A DNA stretch of 64,000 nucleotides, from NCBI GenBank assembly GCA_965242695.1, contig CBDESU010000002.1:992001-1056000 (forward strand), given 5' to 3'. This document shows positions 37,176 through 46,909 of this stretch, in pieces. A program made the position numbers and the translations under genes. Position 1 is the stretch's first letter. Each line of letters begins with the position of its first letter. Origin of the DNA: Cenarchaeum sp. Lineage in GTDB: Archaea; Thermoproteota; Nitrososphaeria; Nitrososphaerales; Nitrosopumilaceae. The notes beneath the pieces are model-generated. The model worked only from the letters and a program-made list of their open reading frames with translations, did no database searches and had not been told where the DNA came from.

Positions 37176-39359
37176 GTGTCCTCGTCCGTCTTCCTCTCGC
37201 CCAAGTCGATCGCAGTCGTCGGGGCGTCTGACAGGCAGGGCAGCGTCGGCAGCACGATCACCTCCAACATAATGAAGGGCTTCAAGGGCAGGGTGTACCC
37301 GATCAGCCCGACCCGGCCAAAGGTCTTCGGCAAGAGGGCGTTCAAGTCGGTACTCGACGTGCCGGGCGGCGTAGAGCTGGCCGTCATTGTCATCAAGAAC
37401 ACGCTCGTGCCGGGCGCGCTAGAGGAGTGCGGCAGAAAGGGCGTGCGCGGGGCCATCATCATAACGGCCGGCTTCAAGGAGGTCGGCGGCGAGGGCGCGG
37501 CCCTCGAGGAGCGCATCAAGGAGATCGCCGCCGAGCATAAGATCGACGTGATCGGCCCAAACTGCCTCGGCGTGATGAACCTCGACCCCAAGACGATGAT
37601 GAACTCCACATTCCTCAAGATCACCCCAAAGTCGGGCCACATCGCGCTCGTCTCGCAGAGCGGCGCGATCTGCGCGGCCCTGTGCGAGGACGCGAGCGCC
37701 CAGGGGATAGGCTTCTCGGCCGTCGTGAGCATGGGCAACAAGGCTGCCATGAGCGAGACGGACGTGCTGAGGATGCTCGCCGGCCACCGCCAGACGCGCG
37801 TCATCGTCATGTACCTCGAGGACATGGGCGACGGGCAGGAGTTTCTGCGCGTATGCAGGCACGTCACGCGCGACCTGAAAAAGCCCGTGCTCGTCCTAAA
37901 GTCCGGCCGCAGCCCCGAGGGCGCAAAGGCGGCCATGTCGCACACGGGGGCCCTCATGGGGTCCGACGAGACGTACGATGCGCTGCTCGGCCAGTCGGGC
38001 GCGATCAGGGTCGACACGATGGAGGAGCTGTTCGACTACGCGACGGCGTTCTCAAAGCAGCCCCTGCCGGGCCGCCGCGGCGGCCTTGCCATAGTGTCCA
38101 ACGCCGGCGGGCCGGCCATAATATCGACCGACGCGTGCTCGAGGATGGGGATCAAGATGGCCGACATAACGAGCGTGCGAAAAAAGATAGACGCCGTCAT
38201 ACCGCCGTGGGGCAGCTCGCGCAACCCCGTCGATATAGTCGGCGATGCCGACTACGAGCGGTTCCGCGGCGTGCTCGGGCACGTCCTGGGGCACCCGAAC
38301 GTGGGGTCGGTCATATGCATGTGCACCCCGTCGGGCACGCTCGACTACGACGGGCTCGCGCGCGTGATCGTCGAGGCGTCGAAAAAGCACCCCAAGAAGA
38401 CCGTCCTTGCCAGCCTGATGGGGCTCGACGAGGGCACTACCAACCGCGACATACTCGCCGCCGGCGGCGTCCCGTACTACACGTACGCGGAGGGGGCGAT
38501 AAGGGCGCTGCGGGCGATGCTGACGTTCTCCGAGTGGGCCGAATCGGCGCCGGGAAGGACGGCGCGGTTCAGGGCCGACCGCGCCGCCGCCCGCGACGTC
38601 ATTGCGGCCGCGCGTGCCGAGGGCCGCTCGTCGCTGCTCGAGGAGGAGGGGCAGAGGGTGCTCGCCGCGTACGGCCTGCCCCTGCCGGAGAGCCGCCTTG
38701 CCGAGAGCCGCGGCGCCGCCGTGAGGGCCGCCAAGGCGATAGGGTACCCCGTCGTCATGAAGATAGCCTCGCCCCAGATCATACACAAGTCCGACGCCGG
38801 CGGGGTGCGCGTCGGCCTCGGCAGCGACGCCGAGGTAAAGGCCGCGTTCGACGAGATCACGGCGAGCGCGAAAAGGTACGACCCAAAGGCCGAGATCAGG
38901 GGCGTGATGGTGGTAGAGATGGTCAGCGGCGGGACCGAGGTCATTGTGGGGTCCAAGCGCGAGCCGGGCATGGGGCCCGTCGTCATGTTCGGCATGGGCG
39001 GCATATACGTCGAGGTCCTAAAGGACGTGACGTTCCGCCTCGCGCCGGTCACCGGCGCCGAGGCGGCCTCGATGGTGTCTGGCATACGGACGGGCCGCAT
39101 GCTGGAGGGCGTGCGCGGCCAGGCTCCGTCCGACACGGCAAGGCTGACCGAGTGCATACAGCGCCTCTCGCAGCTCGTCACGAGCTTTCCCGAGATATCC
39201 GAGCTCGACATGAACCCCGTGCTTGTCCTGGAGAAGGGCAGGGGGTGCCGCGTGCTCGACGTGCGGATCGGGCTTGATGCCGCAGCCGGCAGCGGCGGCG
39301 GAGGCAAGGGCGGCAAGGGCGGCAAGGCCGCGCCCGCGGCTAGCCCCGCCGCCGGCTAG
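37176..39359 (+). CDS. ADP-forming acyl-CoA synthetase, probably 4-hydroxybutyrate-CoA ligase
   Basis: PKSIAVVGAS, GPNCLG, SQSGA, SHTGAL, NAGG and ATP-grasp HKSDAGGV; directly upstream of the 4-hydroxybutyryl-CoA dehydratase as in Nitrosopumilus. Confidence 0.9.
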   Translation: MSSSVFLSPKSIAVVGASDRQGSVGSTITSNIMKGFKGRVYPISPTRPKVFGKRAFKSVLDVPGGVELAVIVIKNTLVPGALEECGRKGVRGAIIITAGFKEVGGEGAALEERIKEIAAEHKIDVIGPNCLGVMNLDPKTMMNSTFLKITPKSGHIALVSQSGAICAALCEDASAQGIGFSAVVSMGNKAAMSETDVLRMLAGHRQTRVIVMYLEDMGDGQEFLRVCRHVTRDLKKPVLVLKSGRSPEGAKAAMSHTGALMGSDETYDALLGQSGAIRVDTMEELFDYATAFSKQPLPGRRGGLAIVSNAGGPAIISTDACSRMGIKMADITSVRKKIDAVIPPWGSSRNPVDIVGDADYERFRGVLGHVLGHPNVGSVICMCTPSGTLDYDGLARVIVEASKKHPKKTVLASLMGLDEGTTNRDILAAGGVPYYTYAEGAIRALRAMLTFSEWAESAPGRTARFRADRAAARDVIAAARAEGRSSLLEEEGQRVLAAYGLPLPESRLAESRGAAVRAAKAIGYPVVMKIASPQIIHKSDAGGVRVGLGSDAEVKAAFDEITASAKRYDPKAEIRGVMVVEMVSGGTEVIVGSKREPGMGPVVMFGMGGIYVEVLKDVTFRLAPVTGAEAASMVSGIRTGRMLEGVRGQAPSDTARLTECIQRLSQLVTSFPEISELDMNPVLVLEKGRGCRVLDVRIGLDAAAGSGGGGKGGKGGKAAPAASPAAG

Positions 39360-39430
39360 CCCGCCCCTAGGCGCCGCCAACGCGGGCGCCCATTTAGGAC
39401 TTTTATACGGCCCCGCGCGCCCGACGGCGC

Positions 39431-40948
39431 ATGGCCATACGGACGGGGCAGGAGTACATCGAGAGCCTGCGCGGCAGGAGCCTCAAGGTGTACCTGTTCG
39501 GCGAGCTCGTCGACGACCCCGTCGAGCACCCGATCATCCGGCCGTCGATCAACGCGGTCGCCGAGACGTACGACCTGGCCGCGCGCGACGAGGAGCTTGC
39601 GACGGCCGAGTCGTCGCTCGCCGGCGGCGGCCGCCGCGTCAACCGCTTCCTGCACATCGCAGAGAGCGCCGAGGACCTGGTCATGCAGAACAAGATGCAG
39701 CGCAAGCTCGGTCAGAACACGGGGACGTGCTTCCAGCGGTGCGTCGGCATGGACGCGCTCAACTCGCTGCATTCTACGACGTTCGAGATCGACGAAAAGC
39801 ACGGCACCAACTACCACCGGCGCCTGCTCGACTTCATCCGCACCGTGCAGGACGAGAACCTGGTCATAGGCGGGGCCATGACCGACCCCAAGGGGGACCG
39901 CAGCAAGGGGCCGTCAGAGCAGGCCGACCCCGACCTGTTCACGCGCGTCGTCGAGCGCGACGAGAGGGGCATCTACGTGTCCGGCGCAAAGGCGCACCAG
40001 ACGGGCTGCATCAACTCGCACTGGATCATCATAATGCCGACGATGCGCCTCACCGAGAACGACCGCGACTGGGCCGTCGTCGGCGCGTTCCCGGCCGACG
40101 CCGACGGGCTGACGTACGTGTACGGCCGGCAGTCGTGCGACACGAGGAGCGCCGAGGATGGCGACATTGACGCGGGCAACGCCAGGTTCGGCGGGCAGGA
40201 GGCGATGATCATACTCGACCGCGTCTTCATCCCGTGGGAGCGCGTCTTCATGCTAGGCGAGTACGAGTTCGCATCGATGCTAGTCGAGAGGTTTACGTGC
40301 TACCACCGGCGCAGCTACGTCTGCAAGACGGGCCTAGGCGACGTGCTGATCGGGGCCGCCGGCGCCATCGCCGACTACAACGGCGTCCCAAAGGTCTCGC
40401 ACATAAAGGACAAGCTCGTCGAGATGACGCACCTCAACGAGACGATCTACGCGGCCGGAATAGCATCCTCGTACCAGGCGCAGGAGCTAAAGTCCGGCGC
40501 GTACCTCAACGACGACATGCTCGCGCAGGTCTGCAAGCACAACGTGACGCGCTTTCCGTACGAGATAGGCCGCCTCGCGCAGGACATCGCCGGCGGCCTC
40601 GTCGTGACGCTGCCGTCGGAAAAGGACCTGAGGCACCCCGACGTCGGCCCGCTGTTGCGCAAGTACCTGGCCGGCCGCAAGGGCGTCGACGTCGAGAACC
40701 GCATGCGCATACTGCGCCTGATCGAGAACATGACGATGGGCCGCAACGCCGTCGGCTACCTGACCGAGTCGATGCACGGCGCCGGCTCGCCGCAGGCGCA
40801 GCGCATACAGATACAGCGCCAGATGCAGCTCGGCTACAAGAAGAACCTGGCAAAGAGCCTGGCAGGCGTGACCGGCGATGACGACGAGATCGACGCCGAG
40901 CAGTCGGGCTACTTCAAGCGCGTCTTCAAGCTGGCAGGCAAGAACTAG
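39431..40948 (+). CDS. hcd: 4-hydroxybutyryl-CoA dehydratase
   Basis: TGTCFQRCVGMDA, MTDPKGDRS, GAKAHQTG, YHRRSYVCK and ESMHGAGSPQAQ motifs. Confidence 0.96.
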   Translation: MAIRTGQEYIESLRGRSLKVYLFGELVDDPVEHPIIRPSINAVAETYDLAARDEELATAESSLAGGGRRVNRFLHIAESAEDLVMQNKMQRKLGQNTGTCFQRCVGMDALNSLHSTTFEIDEKHGTNYHRRLLDFIRTVQDENLVIGGAMTDPKGDRSKGPSEQADPDLFTRVVERDERGIYVSGAKAHQTGCINSHWIIIMPTMRLTENDRDWAVVGAFPADADGLTYVYGRQSCDTRSAEDGDIDAGNARFGGQEAMIILDRVFIPWERVFMLGEYEFASMLVERFTCYHRRSYVCKTGLGDVLIGAAGAIADYNGVPKVSHIKDKLVEMTHLNETIYAAGIASSYQAQELKSGAYLNDDMLAQVCKHNVTRFPYEIGRLAQDIAGGLVVTLPSEKDLRHPDVGPLLRKYLAGRKGVDVENRMRILRLIENMTMGRNAVGYLTESMHGAGSPQAQRIQIQRQMQLGYKKNLAKSLAGVTGDDDEIDAEQSGYFKRVFKLAGKN

Positions 40949-41007
40949 GCGCGGGCCGGGCGATCCGGCCTCCTGTTCGGGCGCGCGCTCAGGATGGCAG
41001 GCGGCAC

Positions 41008-41805
41008 CTAGGCGCCGGGGCCGCCCCTCTCCGGCTCTGGCCAGGCAGAGTCCCTGCCGTCGCGTCCCCGGGGCGCCTCGCCCGCGCCGCCTTGGCCTTG
41101 GCCTGCCGCCTCCGCGCCGCCTTGGCCTTGGCCTTGGCCTGCCGCCTCCGCGCCGCCTTGGCCTTGGCCTGCCGCCTCCGCGCCGCCTTGGCCTTGGCCT
41201 GCCGCCTCCGCGCCGCCTGCATCCGCCCTTGGAGGCTCGGAGTCGCTACCGCCGGGTGCCTGTCCGTCCTGCTCCTGCTCGCCCCCCTCGCCGGCGTCCC
41301 CGCCGCCCTTCCTGCCGTACAGGTGCTTTGTGACCATGATCCCGACTATTACTGCGATGATGATGTAGTTTACGGGCGGGCTGAGCACCCGTGTGATGTA
41401 CCCGGCCTGGGGGATCACGTAGACGACGCTGCCGATGTAGTCGCCGTCGGTGATTGGAAAGTCGGTGCCGGGGATCGACGACGGGTTTGCGTCGCCCTTG
41501 GTGCGCAGCGTCCTGGGATCCTCGTCTGTAATGGACACGACCCTGTGCACGATCACCCTGTCGTGGTCGCTCGGCCTGTTGAACACTATGATGTCGCCGA
41601 TGTCGACCTCGCCGAACGGGCTGTTCCCGCTGACGACGAGGATATCGTACATCTCCAGCTCGGGGACCATGCTGCCGCTGGAGACGACGTAGAACGGGTT
41701 TTGGGTGCCAAAGTACGCCTGGAGTCCGACCCAGACTGCCACCAGGCTGATCACGATGACGATGACGTCCCTCAGGACGCCGCTCTGCGCAAGTAGAGAC
41801 CGCAA
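41008..41805 (-). CDS. Signal peptidase I (archaeal S26B type) with Gly-rich repeat tail
   Basis: VVSSGSMVP, GDIIVF, IVHRV and TKGDAN motifs; start approximate. Confidence 0.9.
   Translation of the reverse strand: MRSLLAQSGVLRDVIVIVISLVAVWVGLQAYFGTQNPFYVVSSGSMVPELEMYDILVVSGNSPFGEVDIGDIIVFNRPSDHDRVIVHRVVSITDEDPRTLRTKGDANPSSIPGTDFPITDGDYIGSVVYVIPQAGYITRVLSPPVNYIIIAVIVGIMVTKHLYGRKGGGDAGEGGEQEQDGQAPGGSDSEPPRADAGGAEAAGQGQGGAEAAGQGQGGAEAAGQGQGQGGAEAAGQGQGGAGEAPRGRDGRDSAWPEPERGGPGA
41083..41217 (-). repeat. About 30-bp coding tandem repeat (GGAEAAGQGQ x4)
   Basis: Direct repeats at the 3' end of the signal peptidase gene. Confidence 0.85.
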
Positions 41806-41847
41806 CTGCCCCGCCGGCCCCGGCTCTGCATAAATACCGTGGCGGCG

Positions 41848-42732
41848 CTAGGCCTTGCGGCCGCACTGCTCGCAGAACTTTGCGCCGGAGCCGTTGGCGA
41901 ACCCGCAGGCGGGGCATGCGGGGGAGGAGGCCGCCGGCCCGCCGGAGGGATCCTCTGCGCAGCACGCGTCGTCGCAGGCCCTGAGCAGTATGACCTCGCC
42001 GATCTTTCCAATCCTGCCCCACCGCACCGTCGTGTCGCCGCCGTTGGGCGCCTGGACGATCAGGACTATGCCGCTGTCCTTGGCGACGCCGACCTCCCTT
42101 GCCGTCCCCACGACGTTTCCGTTCTCGTCAAAGACCGACATGCCGGCTATTGGCCTCACCGCCTCGGGCTGCCCTTCCGGCTGTGGCGCCGGCGGGGTGA
42201 CCTCGGCCGCCTGCTGCGCTACGGGCGCCTCTGCCACCGGGGCCGGCCGTGGCGCCGGCGGGGTGACCTCGGCCGCCTGCTGCGCTACGGGCGCCTCTGC
42301 CACCGGGGCCGGCCGTGGCGCCGGCGGGGTGACCTCGGCCGCCTGCTGCGCCGGGGCCTGCGTCTGCGTCAGCTCCGCCTCGGTCTTTGCCCTGCCCACC
42401 TCGGCGCTCTCGTCGCCCTTTCTGAATACCCTGTACTCTGCTATCGTCGAGGTGCAGTTGTTGCACGCATACTGGCCCTTTTCGGCCAGGATCAGGTTCT
42501 CGGCGACCTCCTCGTTGGGGCTCTCGTAGTCTATGCGGGGGCCGCCCTCGAACTCCTTCTCGCACGTGTTGCAGTAGTACTTTGACATGACGCCGGGGTC
42601 CAGCCTTCCGATCGGCGACAGGAACAGGTCGGGCCCGCCAAGGTTGCCCTTGACCTGCTCCTCGTCGGTGACGCGGGCAATGACGTAGCCTCCCGAGCCC
42701 CGCAGCTTCTTGATCCTCTCGTCAGAGCTCAC
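41848..42732 (-). CDS. Conserved thaumarchaeal protein with Zn-binding N-domain, PRC-barrel and zinc ribbon
   Basis: GTG start (SSDERIKKLRGSGGY), YYCNTCE, IAGMSVFDENG..VG...EV and CPACG..N...AKFCEQCG. Confidence 0.8.
   Translation of the reverse strand: MSSDERIKKLRGSGGYVIARVTDEEQVKGNLGGPDLFLSPIGRLDPGVMSKYYCNTCEKEFEGGPRIDYESPNEEVAENLILAEKGQYACNNCTSTIAEYRVFRKGDESAEVGRAKTEAELTQTQAPAQQAAEVTPPAPRPAPVAEAPVAQQAAEVTPPAPRPAPVAEAPVAQQAAEVTPPAPQPEGQPEAVRPIAGMSVFDENGNVVGTAREVGVAKDSGIVLIVQAPNGGDTTVRWGRIGKIGEVILLRACDDACCAEDPSGGPAASSPACPACGFANGSGAKFCEQCGRKA
42183..42350 (-). repeat. 66-bp coding tandem repeat (QQAAEVTPPAPRPAPVAEAPVA, about 2.5 copies)
   Basis: Direct repeats. Confidence 0.85.
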
Positions 42733-42819
42733 GGGGCGTGGGCCCGCCGGCCCGCATTTAAACCGTCTCGGGGCGCCCGTCGCGCCTGCGCCGCCCGTGG
42801 CCCGCGCCTGCGCCGCACG

Positions 42820-42994
42820 GCCGCAGCGGGCCGCCGCCGGCCGGCCCCTGCCGCGCTCGCGCCGGGTGCTGCGTCGCGCTCGGTGCCGAGCCGCAGCGGG
42901 CCGCCGCCGGCCGGCCCCTGCCGCGCTCGCGCCGGGTGCTGCGTCGCGCTCGGTGCCGAGCCGCAGCGGGCCGCCGCCGGCCGGCCCCTGCCGC
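42820..42994 (+). repeat. Intergenic 70-bp tandem repeat (2.5 copies) between divergent genes
   Basis: Exact period of 70 (42821/42891/42961). Confidence 0.9.
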
Positions 42995-43036
42995 CGCCCG
43001 CTGAAGGTATTTAGGGCCGCCCCTGCGCCGCCTGCC

Positions 43037-43363
43037 ATGAGCGTTGCCGACATTAGCGACATGAAGGCGTGGGAGACGGACGTCATGAACGCGCCGGTTC
43101 CCGTGCTTGTCGACTTTTGGGCCGAGTGGTGCGGCCCGTGCAGGATGGTCAGCCCGATCATCGAAGAGCTTGCGTCCGACTACGACGGCAGGGTCAACTT
43201 TGCCAAGGTCAACGTGGACAAGGCGCAGGATCTCGCCGCCAAGTACACTGTAATGAGCATCCCCACGGTGATCCTCTTCAACAAGGGGGAAGAGGTCGCA
43301 AAGCAGGTCGGGGCAGCCTCGAAGGACAACTTCGCGGCCATGATCGACAGGGCGCTCGGCTAG
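43037..43363 (+). CDS. trxA: Thioredoxin
   Basis: VDFWAEWCGPCR and SIPT motifs. Confidence 0.96.
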   Translation: MSVADISDMKAWETDVMNAPVPVLVDFWAEWCGPCRMVSPIIEELASDYDGRVNFAKVNVDKAQDLAAKYTVMSIPTVILFNKGEEVAKQVGAASKDNFAAMIDRALG

Positions 43364-43509
43364 GCCGGGCCCTAGCGGCCGGCGCCGAGCCGATGCTTCT
43401 GCCCGTTTTTTGTCTGCCCTCGTCTCCTCCCGCCTGCGCATCGAGCGGCCGGCGCGGCGAGGGCTGCCGGCGCCAAACCCATTAATAGCGCGCCCATGAC
43501 GGGCCGCCC

Positions 43510-44100
43510 ATGTCGCTAGGAGAGGTCGACACGCTCAACCTCCTGACCGAAAAGCTCGAGAACCTGTTCAACGAGTCGCAGGGGTACTATGAGAGCTTTC
43601 TGGACACGAACAACCTGTACAAGGCCGGCAAGATGTCCGACAAGGAGTTCTTTGCAAAGCTCGGCGACTACACGGTGGCGTACTCTGCCCTAGAGTTCCT
43701 GGCCATCAAGGTCATCCTTGAGATCAAAAAGTCGCTCGACAAGGTCGCCGGCGGCCAGGCGCCCGGAGGCACGCAGTCGCCGGGCCTCATGCCGGGCATG
43801 GGGCCCGCCGGCATGGCCGCCGGCGGCGGGATGCCGGGCGCCGGAATGGCGGCCCCGCCGCCCCGCCTGGGGACCGCCGCATCGCCGGTCGGCGCGCCGC
43901 CGCAGATCGTCTCGGCCGGCCAGGGATTTGGCCAGCCCGGGACCCTCCCGTCGCCGGACCCGAGCCTGATGCAGCAGGCGCCCCCGTCTTCGGCGCCCCC
44001 GCCGCAACAGCCTGCCGCCGGGGGATCCGCATGCGCCTCGTGCGGCGCGCCGCTGCGGGCCAACGCAAAGTTCTGCACAAAGTGCGGCCGCAAGGTGTGA
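43510..44100 (+). CDS. Zinc-ribbon domain protein
   Basis: Globular N-terminus, Pro/Gly linker, C-terminal CASCG...AKFCTKCG. Confidence 0.85.
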   Translation: MSLGEVDTLNLLTEKLENLFNESQGYYESFLDTNNLYKAGKMSDKEFFAKLGDYTVAYSALEFLAIKVILEIKKSLDKVAGGQAPGGTQSPGLMPGMGPAGMAAGGGMPGAGMAAPPPRLGTAASPVGAPPQIVSAGQGFGQPGTLPSPDPSLMQQAPPSSAPPPQQPAAGGSACASCGAPLRANAKFCTKCGRKV

Positions 44101-44128
44101 GGCGCGGACGCCGCCGGCCCCTGATGCG

Positions 44129-44536
44129 CTACCCGTCGAGCGTCGTGCCGCACTCGGTGCAGAACTTGGCAGACGACGAGACCTTTTTGCCGCACTCGGA
44201 GCAGAACTTTGAAGCGCCGTCGGCGACGGTCGCCGCCTCGGCGTCGGCCTTTTGGTTGCCGTACATGGCCGACGCCCTCACGGCGCCGGTCGGCGTGTAG
44301 CTTTCCTCGTCGACCACGGCCACCGGCGCATCGTCCCTCTCGTCGACGTACGTGTACAGCCTGGGAATGGGATCGCCTCCGCCGGACCTGTCGGGCACCA
44401 TGTCGCCGAGCCAGAACGCAAAGCGCTTGAGGGTCAGGTCGGGCGTCGAGAACGTCAGCGTGTGCGCCGCCATGTAGTCCTCGGCCGCCTTCCTTCCGTC
44501 AAAGACCTTCAATCGGCGGGGCCCGCACGGCGGCAT
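44129..44536 (-). CDS. Zinc-ribbon domain protein
   Basis: C-terminal KFCSECG...AKFCTECG. Confidence 0.85.
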   Translation of the reverse strand: MPPCGPRRLKVFDGRKAAEDYMAAHTLTFSTPDLTLKRFAFWLGDMVPDRSGGGDPIPRLYTYVDERDDAPVAVVDEESYTPTGAVRASAMYGNQKADAEAATVADGASKFCSECGKKVSSSAKFCTECGTTLDG

Positions 44537-44563
44537 GCTATAACGTTTGCCGCCGCCGCGCCG

Positions 44564-45109
44564 TCAGCGGCCTAGCTCCGTCCTGCCGCCGTCGCGGCCC
44601 CTGCCGAGCAGCTCCATAGTCCTGGCAAACTCGGCGGCATCGGCCTTGGTGTGCCCCACCTCGTCGGCCCACTCGCCGTACATGGACTCTATGTGCATGC
44701 GGATGACGGCTATTCCCTGCACGATCTCCTTGTCGGCCACCCCTGCGACGTACTTGTCTGCCTCGGCGTAGCAGTTGCGCATCTCCTGGAGGATGGCAAG
44801 GCGCTCGACGGCCGTCCTGTCCCGCATCGACCTGCGCAGCCTGCCGACGTGCTCTATCGTGGCCGTGATGCGCTTTAGCCCGTTGCCGTGCATGTACTGG
44901 CGCACGATCAGGGGCGTCATGACGGCCCACATGGTCACCTTGACCGCGTCGACGGCCACGCCGAAGGAACCGACGCCGAACGGGCTGTCCTGCACGGCGA
45001 CGCTCACCGGCAGGTAGGCGAGCACGCCGAGCATCACGAGGAACAGCACGAACTGCCGCCTCTCGCCGCGTCGCGGCGCGAGCAGCGAGCGGGGGCCGAA
45101 GAGCGCCAT
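44564..45109 (-). CDS. Hypothetical membrane protein
   Basis: Two N-terminal TM helices followed by a helical domain. Confidence 0.6.
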   Translation of the reverse strand: MALFGPRSLLAPRRGERRQFVLFLVMLGVLAYLPVSVAVQDSPFGVGSFGVAVDAVKVTMWAVMTPLIVRQYMHGNGLKRITATIEHVGRLRRSMRDRTAVERLAILQEMRNCYAEADKYVAGVADKEIVQGIAVIRMHIESMYGEWADEVGHTKADAAEFARTMELLGRGRDGGRTELGR

Positions 45110-45337
45110 GCGGCTCACTCCTCCCCTCCGGGGAGCGGCGGCGCGCAACCCGAACGCCCCGCGGCCGCCGGCCGTGGGCTGCGCCTCCCCTCTCTTCCGT
45201 CCATGCCTTGCGCCATTCCGGCGTGCCGCCGTACCGTATGTATAAGTACCTTTTGATTTTGATGCGCGCCCGCATCCCGTGAGGGATCGAGCCGCCGGGC
45301 GGCGGAGCGCGCCCCGCCGCCCGCACGCGAAGAATTG

Positions 45338-45412
45338 TGGTGGACCGGAAGGGAATTGAACCCTCGACTTCTGCGTTGCGAACGCAGCGTTATACCACTA
45401 AACCACCGGCCC
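45338..45412 (-). tRNA. tRNA-Ala(CGC), CCA encoded
   Basis: GGGCCGG/CCGGTCC acceptor stem with G3-U70, CTGCG-TT-CGC-AA-CGCAG anticodon arm, GGTTCAATTCC. Confidence 0.97.
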
Positions 45413-45548
45413 GTGCACCGCCGCGCAGCCGCCCGCATTTTAACCGTTGCGCGCCCCGCGCCGCATCCTGGGGGGGGGGCTCCTCGCTAGGGGCACCTCT
45501 CTCCCAATGCGGCCGCGGCTTATATGGCCGCGAGGCCTGCGCAGGGCA

Positions 45549-45764
45549 ATGACGGCGAAAGGCGCAAGAGCGTGCCCGACGACCCTGCGGGCAGCCGCCG
45601 CCCAGCCCCTCGCCGGAGCGCGCTGCGCAGCTGCGGGCGGCGGCGCCGGCTCGGATGCCGTCTTGACGGGCGCCCCTGATCCGAAAAAAACGCATGAGGA
45701 GGCTCCCGACGACATGGCGCCCGGCGGGAGCGGCGCCGAGTGGGCGGCCGCCCCCGAGCCATGA
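45549..45764 (+). CDS. Small ORF coupled to the downstream gene (paralog of 2728-2922)
   Basis: TTATAT about 28 bp upstream; MTAKGARA...AAAGGGAG; ATGA overlap with 45761. Confidence 0.35.
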   Translation: MTAKGARACPTTLRAAAAQPLAGARCAAAGGGAGSDAVLTGAPDPKKTHEEAPDDMAPGGSGAEWAAAPEP

Positions 45765-46546
45765 ACCGCCGAACGCTGGCAGCCGCCAGCATCCTTCCGT
45801 GCCTGGCCATCCTTGCGCTCAACCTCGGCGCGGTGCACGGGCACTACGCATACTCGGTGCCGGTCGCCGAATCGGCGGTGGACTTTTACTTCATAAGCTA
45901 TATAATAGCCGAAAAGGACGACTACAATTATCACGTGCAGCTCTTTCCCCCGCGAGAAATATACGTGAGGGAGTATCCGATGGCCGAGAATCGAACGCCC
46001 GGCGAATTTACAATCAAAAGCGTAACGCAGGCGGGAGCCGAAACAATCAGGATCGACTTTGCCGACAACAACTACGCCATAACGAACTCCGAAAGCGGCC
46101 TGTCGTACAGGCCCCTGCCCGTCTTCTCGCACGCCGAGACGATCAGGGTGAATCAGACCTTTGTCGCCATGTGCAACGACGTTCCCCGGCCGTGGGCGGA
46201 TGACGGCGACAGCTACGGCACGCCGCTAGTCATCTATCAGTACAGAGGGCGTGAGGTGCACGAGGTGGATAGGGTAAAACAGATAGTGCCCGTCGACAGC
46301 GAGGACGATGTGCAGGAGGGGGCGGCCCTGCTAATGCACGGCGACCTGCTCTACTCGGCAAAATGGAAGGATCTGGACCCGCCCAAAAGGATACCCGTGC
46401 ACAAGTTCCTGTGGATATCGGCGTTTACGTACGGCGAGATGTCGTGCGACTATCCCTCTGTCATCCGGCACACTGTGGACTCGAAGCGGGTCGGGCCAGC
46501 CGACGTAGCCTCCTTCAGCGGCGACCTGTACGACATGTACAAGTAG
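45761..46546 (+). CDS. Hypothetical secreted/membrane-anchored protein (paralog of 2919-3701)
   Basis: Collinear similarity to 2919-3701 along the full length. Confidence 0.8.
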   Translation: MNRRTLAAASILPCLAILALNLGAVHGHYAYSVPVAESAVDFYFISYIIAEKDDYNYHVQLFPPREIYVREYPMAENRTPGEFTIKSVTQAGAETIRIDFADNNYAITNSESGLSYRPLPVFSHAETIRVNQTFVAMCNDVPRPWADDGDSYGTPLVIYQYRGREVHEVDRVKQIVPVDSEDDVQEGAALLMHGDLLYSAKWKDLDPPKRIPVHKFLWISAFTYGEMSCDYPSVIRHTVDSKRVGPADVASFSGDLYDMYK

Positions 46547-46909
46547 CGCGTCGCGCCCCTGCCGCAGGCGCGATCGCCGCTCCTGTTTCCCGCCGCGCCA
46601 CTGGCTGCAAGGCCTGCCCCGATGCGCGGCACGGCTCCCGCAAAGTCGCAGGCGGTTGTGAAGCCGGCCCGCCCGGGGCTTGGATCTGCGGGGCCTGAGG
46701 CGCGGCTTTTGCCCACGCCGCGGCCCGAAGTGTGTGCGGGACGGCTAACTCTGCGATGCCTTTCACTCCTCCGCCCTGCATCCCGCCAGGCCTAGTACTG
46801 TGGCCGCCGCGCCGCGCGTTCCGGCCGCGCAGCCCGCTGCCAAGGTGCCCTGCGATGCGGGCCGCACCCGGCCGCCACACCATAATACCCCGCCCCCCGC
46901 CGCCGCGCC

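Noticed and set aside
37682-39277. Long alternative-frame ORFs (e.g. 37682-39277, 8113-9735, 46763-48316, 53775-55487, 61721-63493)
   Set aside because: Arg/Ala/Gly/Pro-rich shadow frames overlapping well-supported genes, as expected at this GC content
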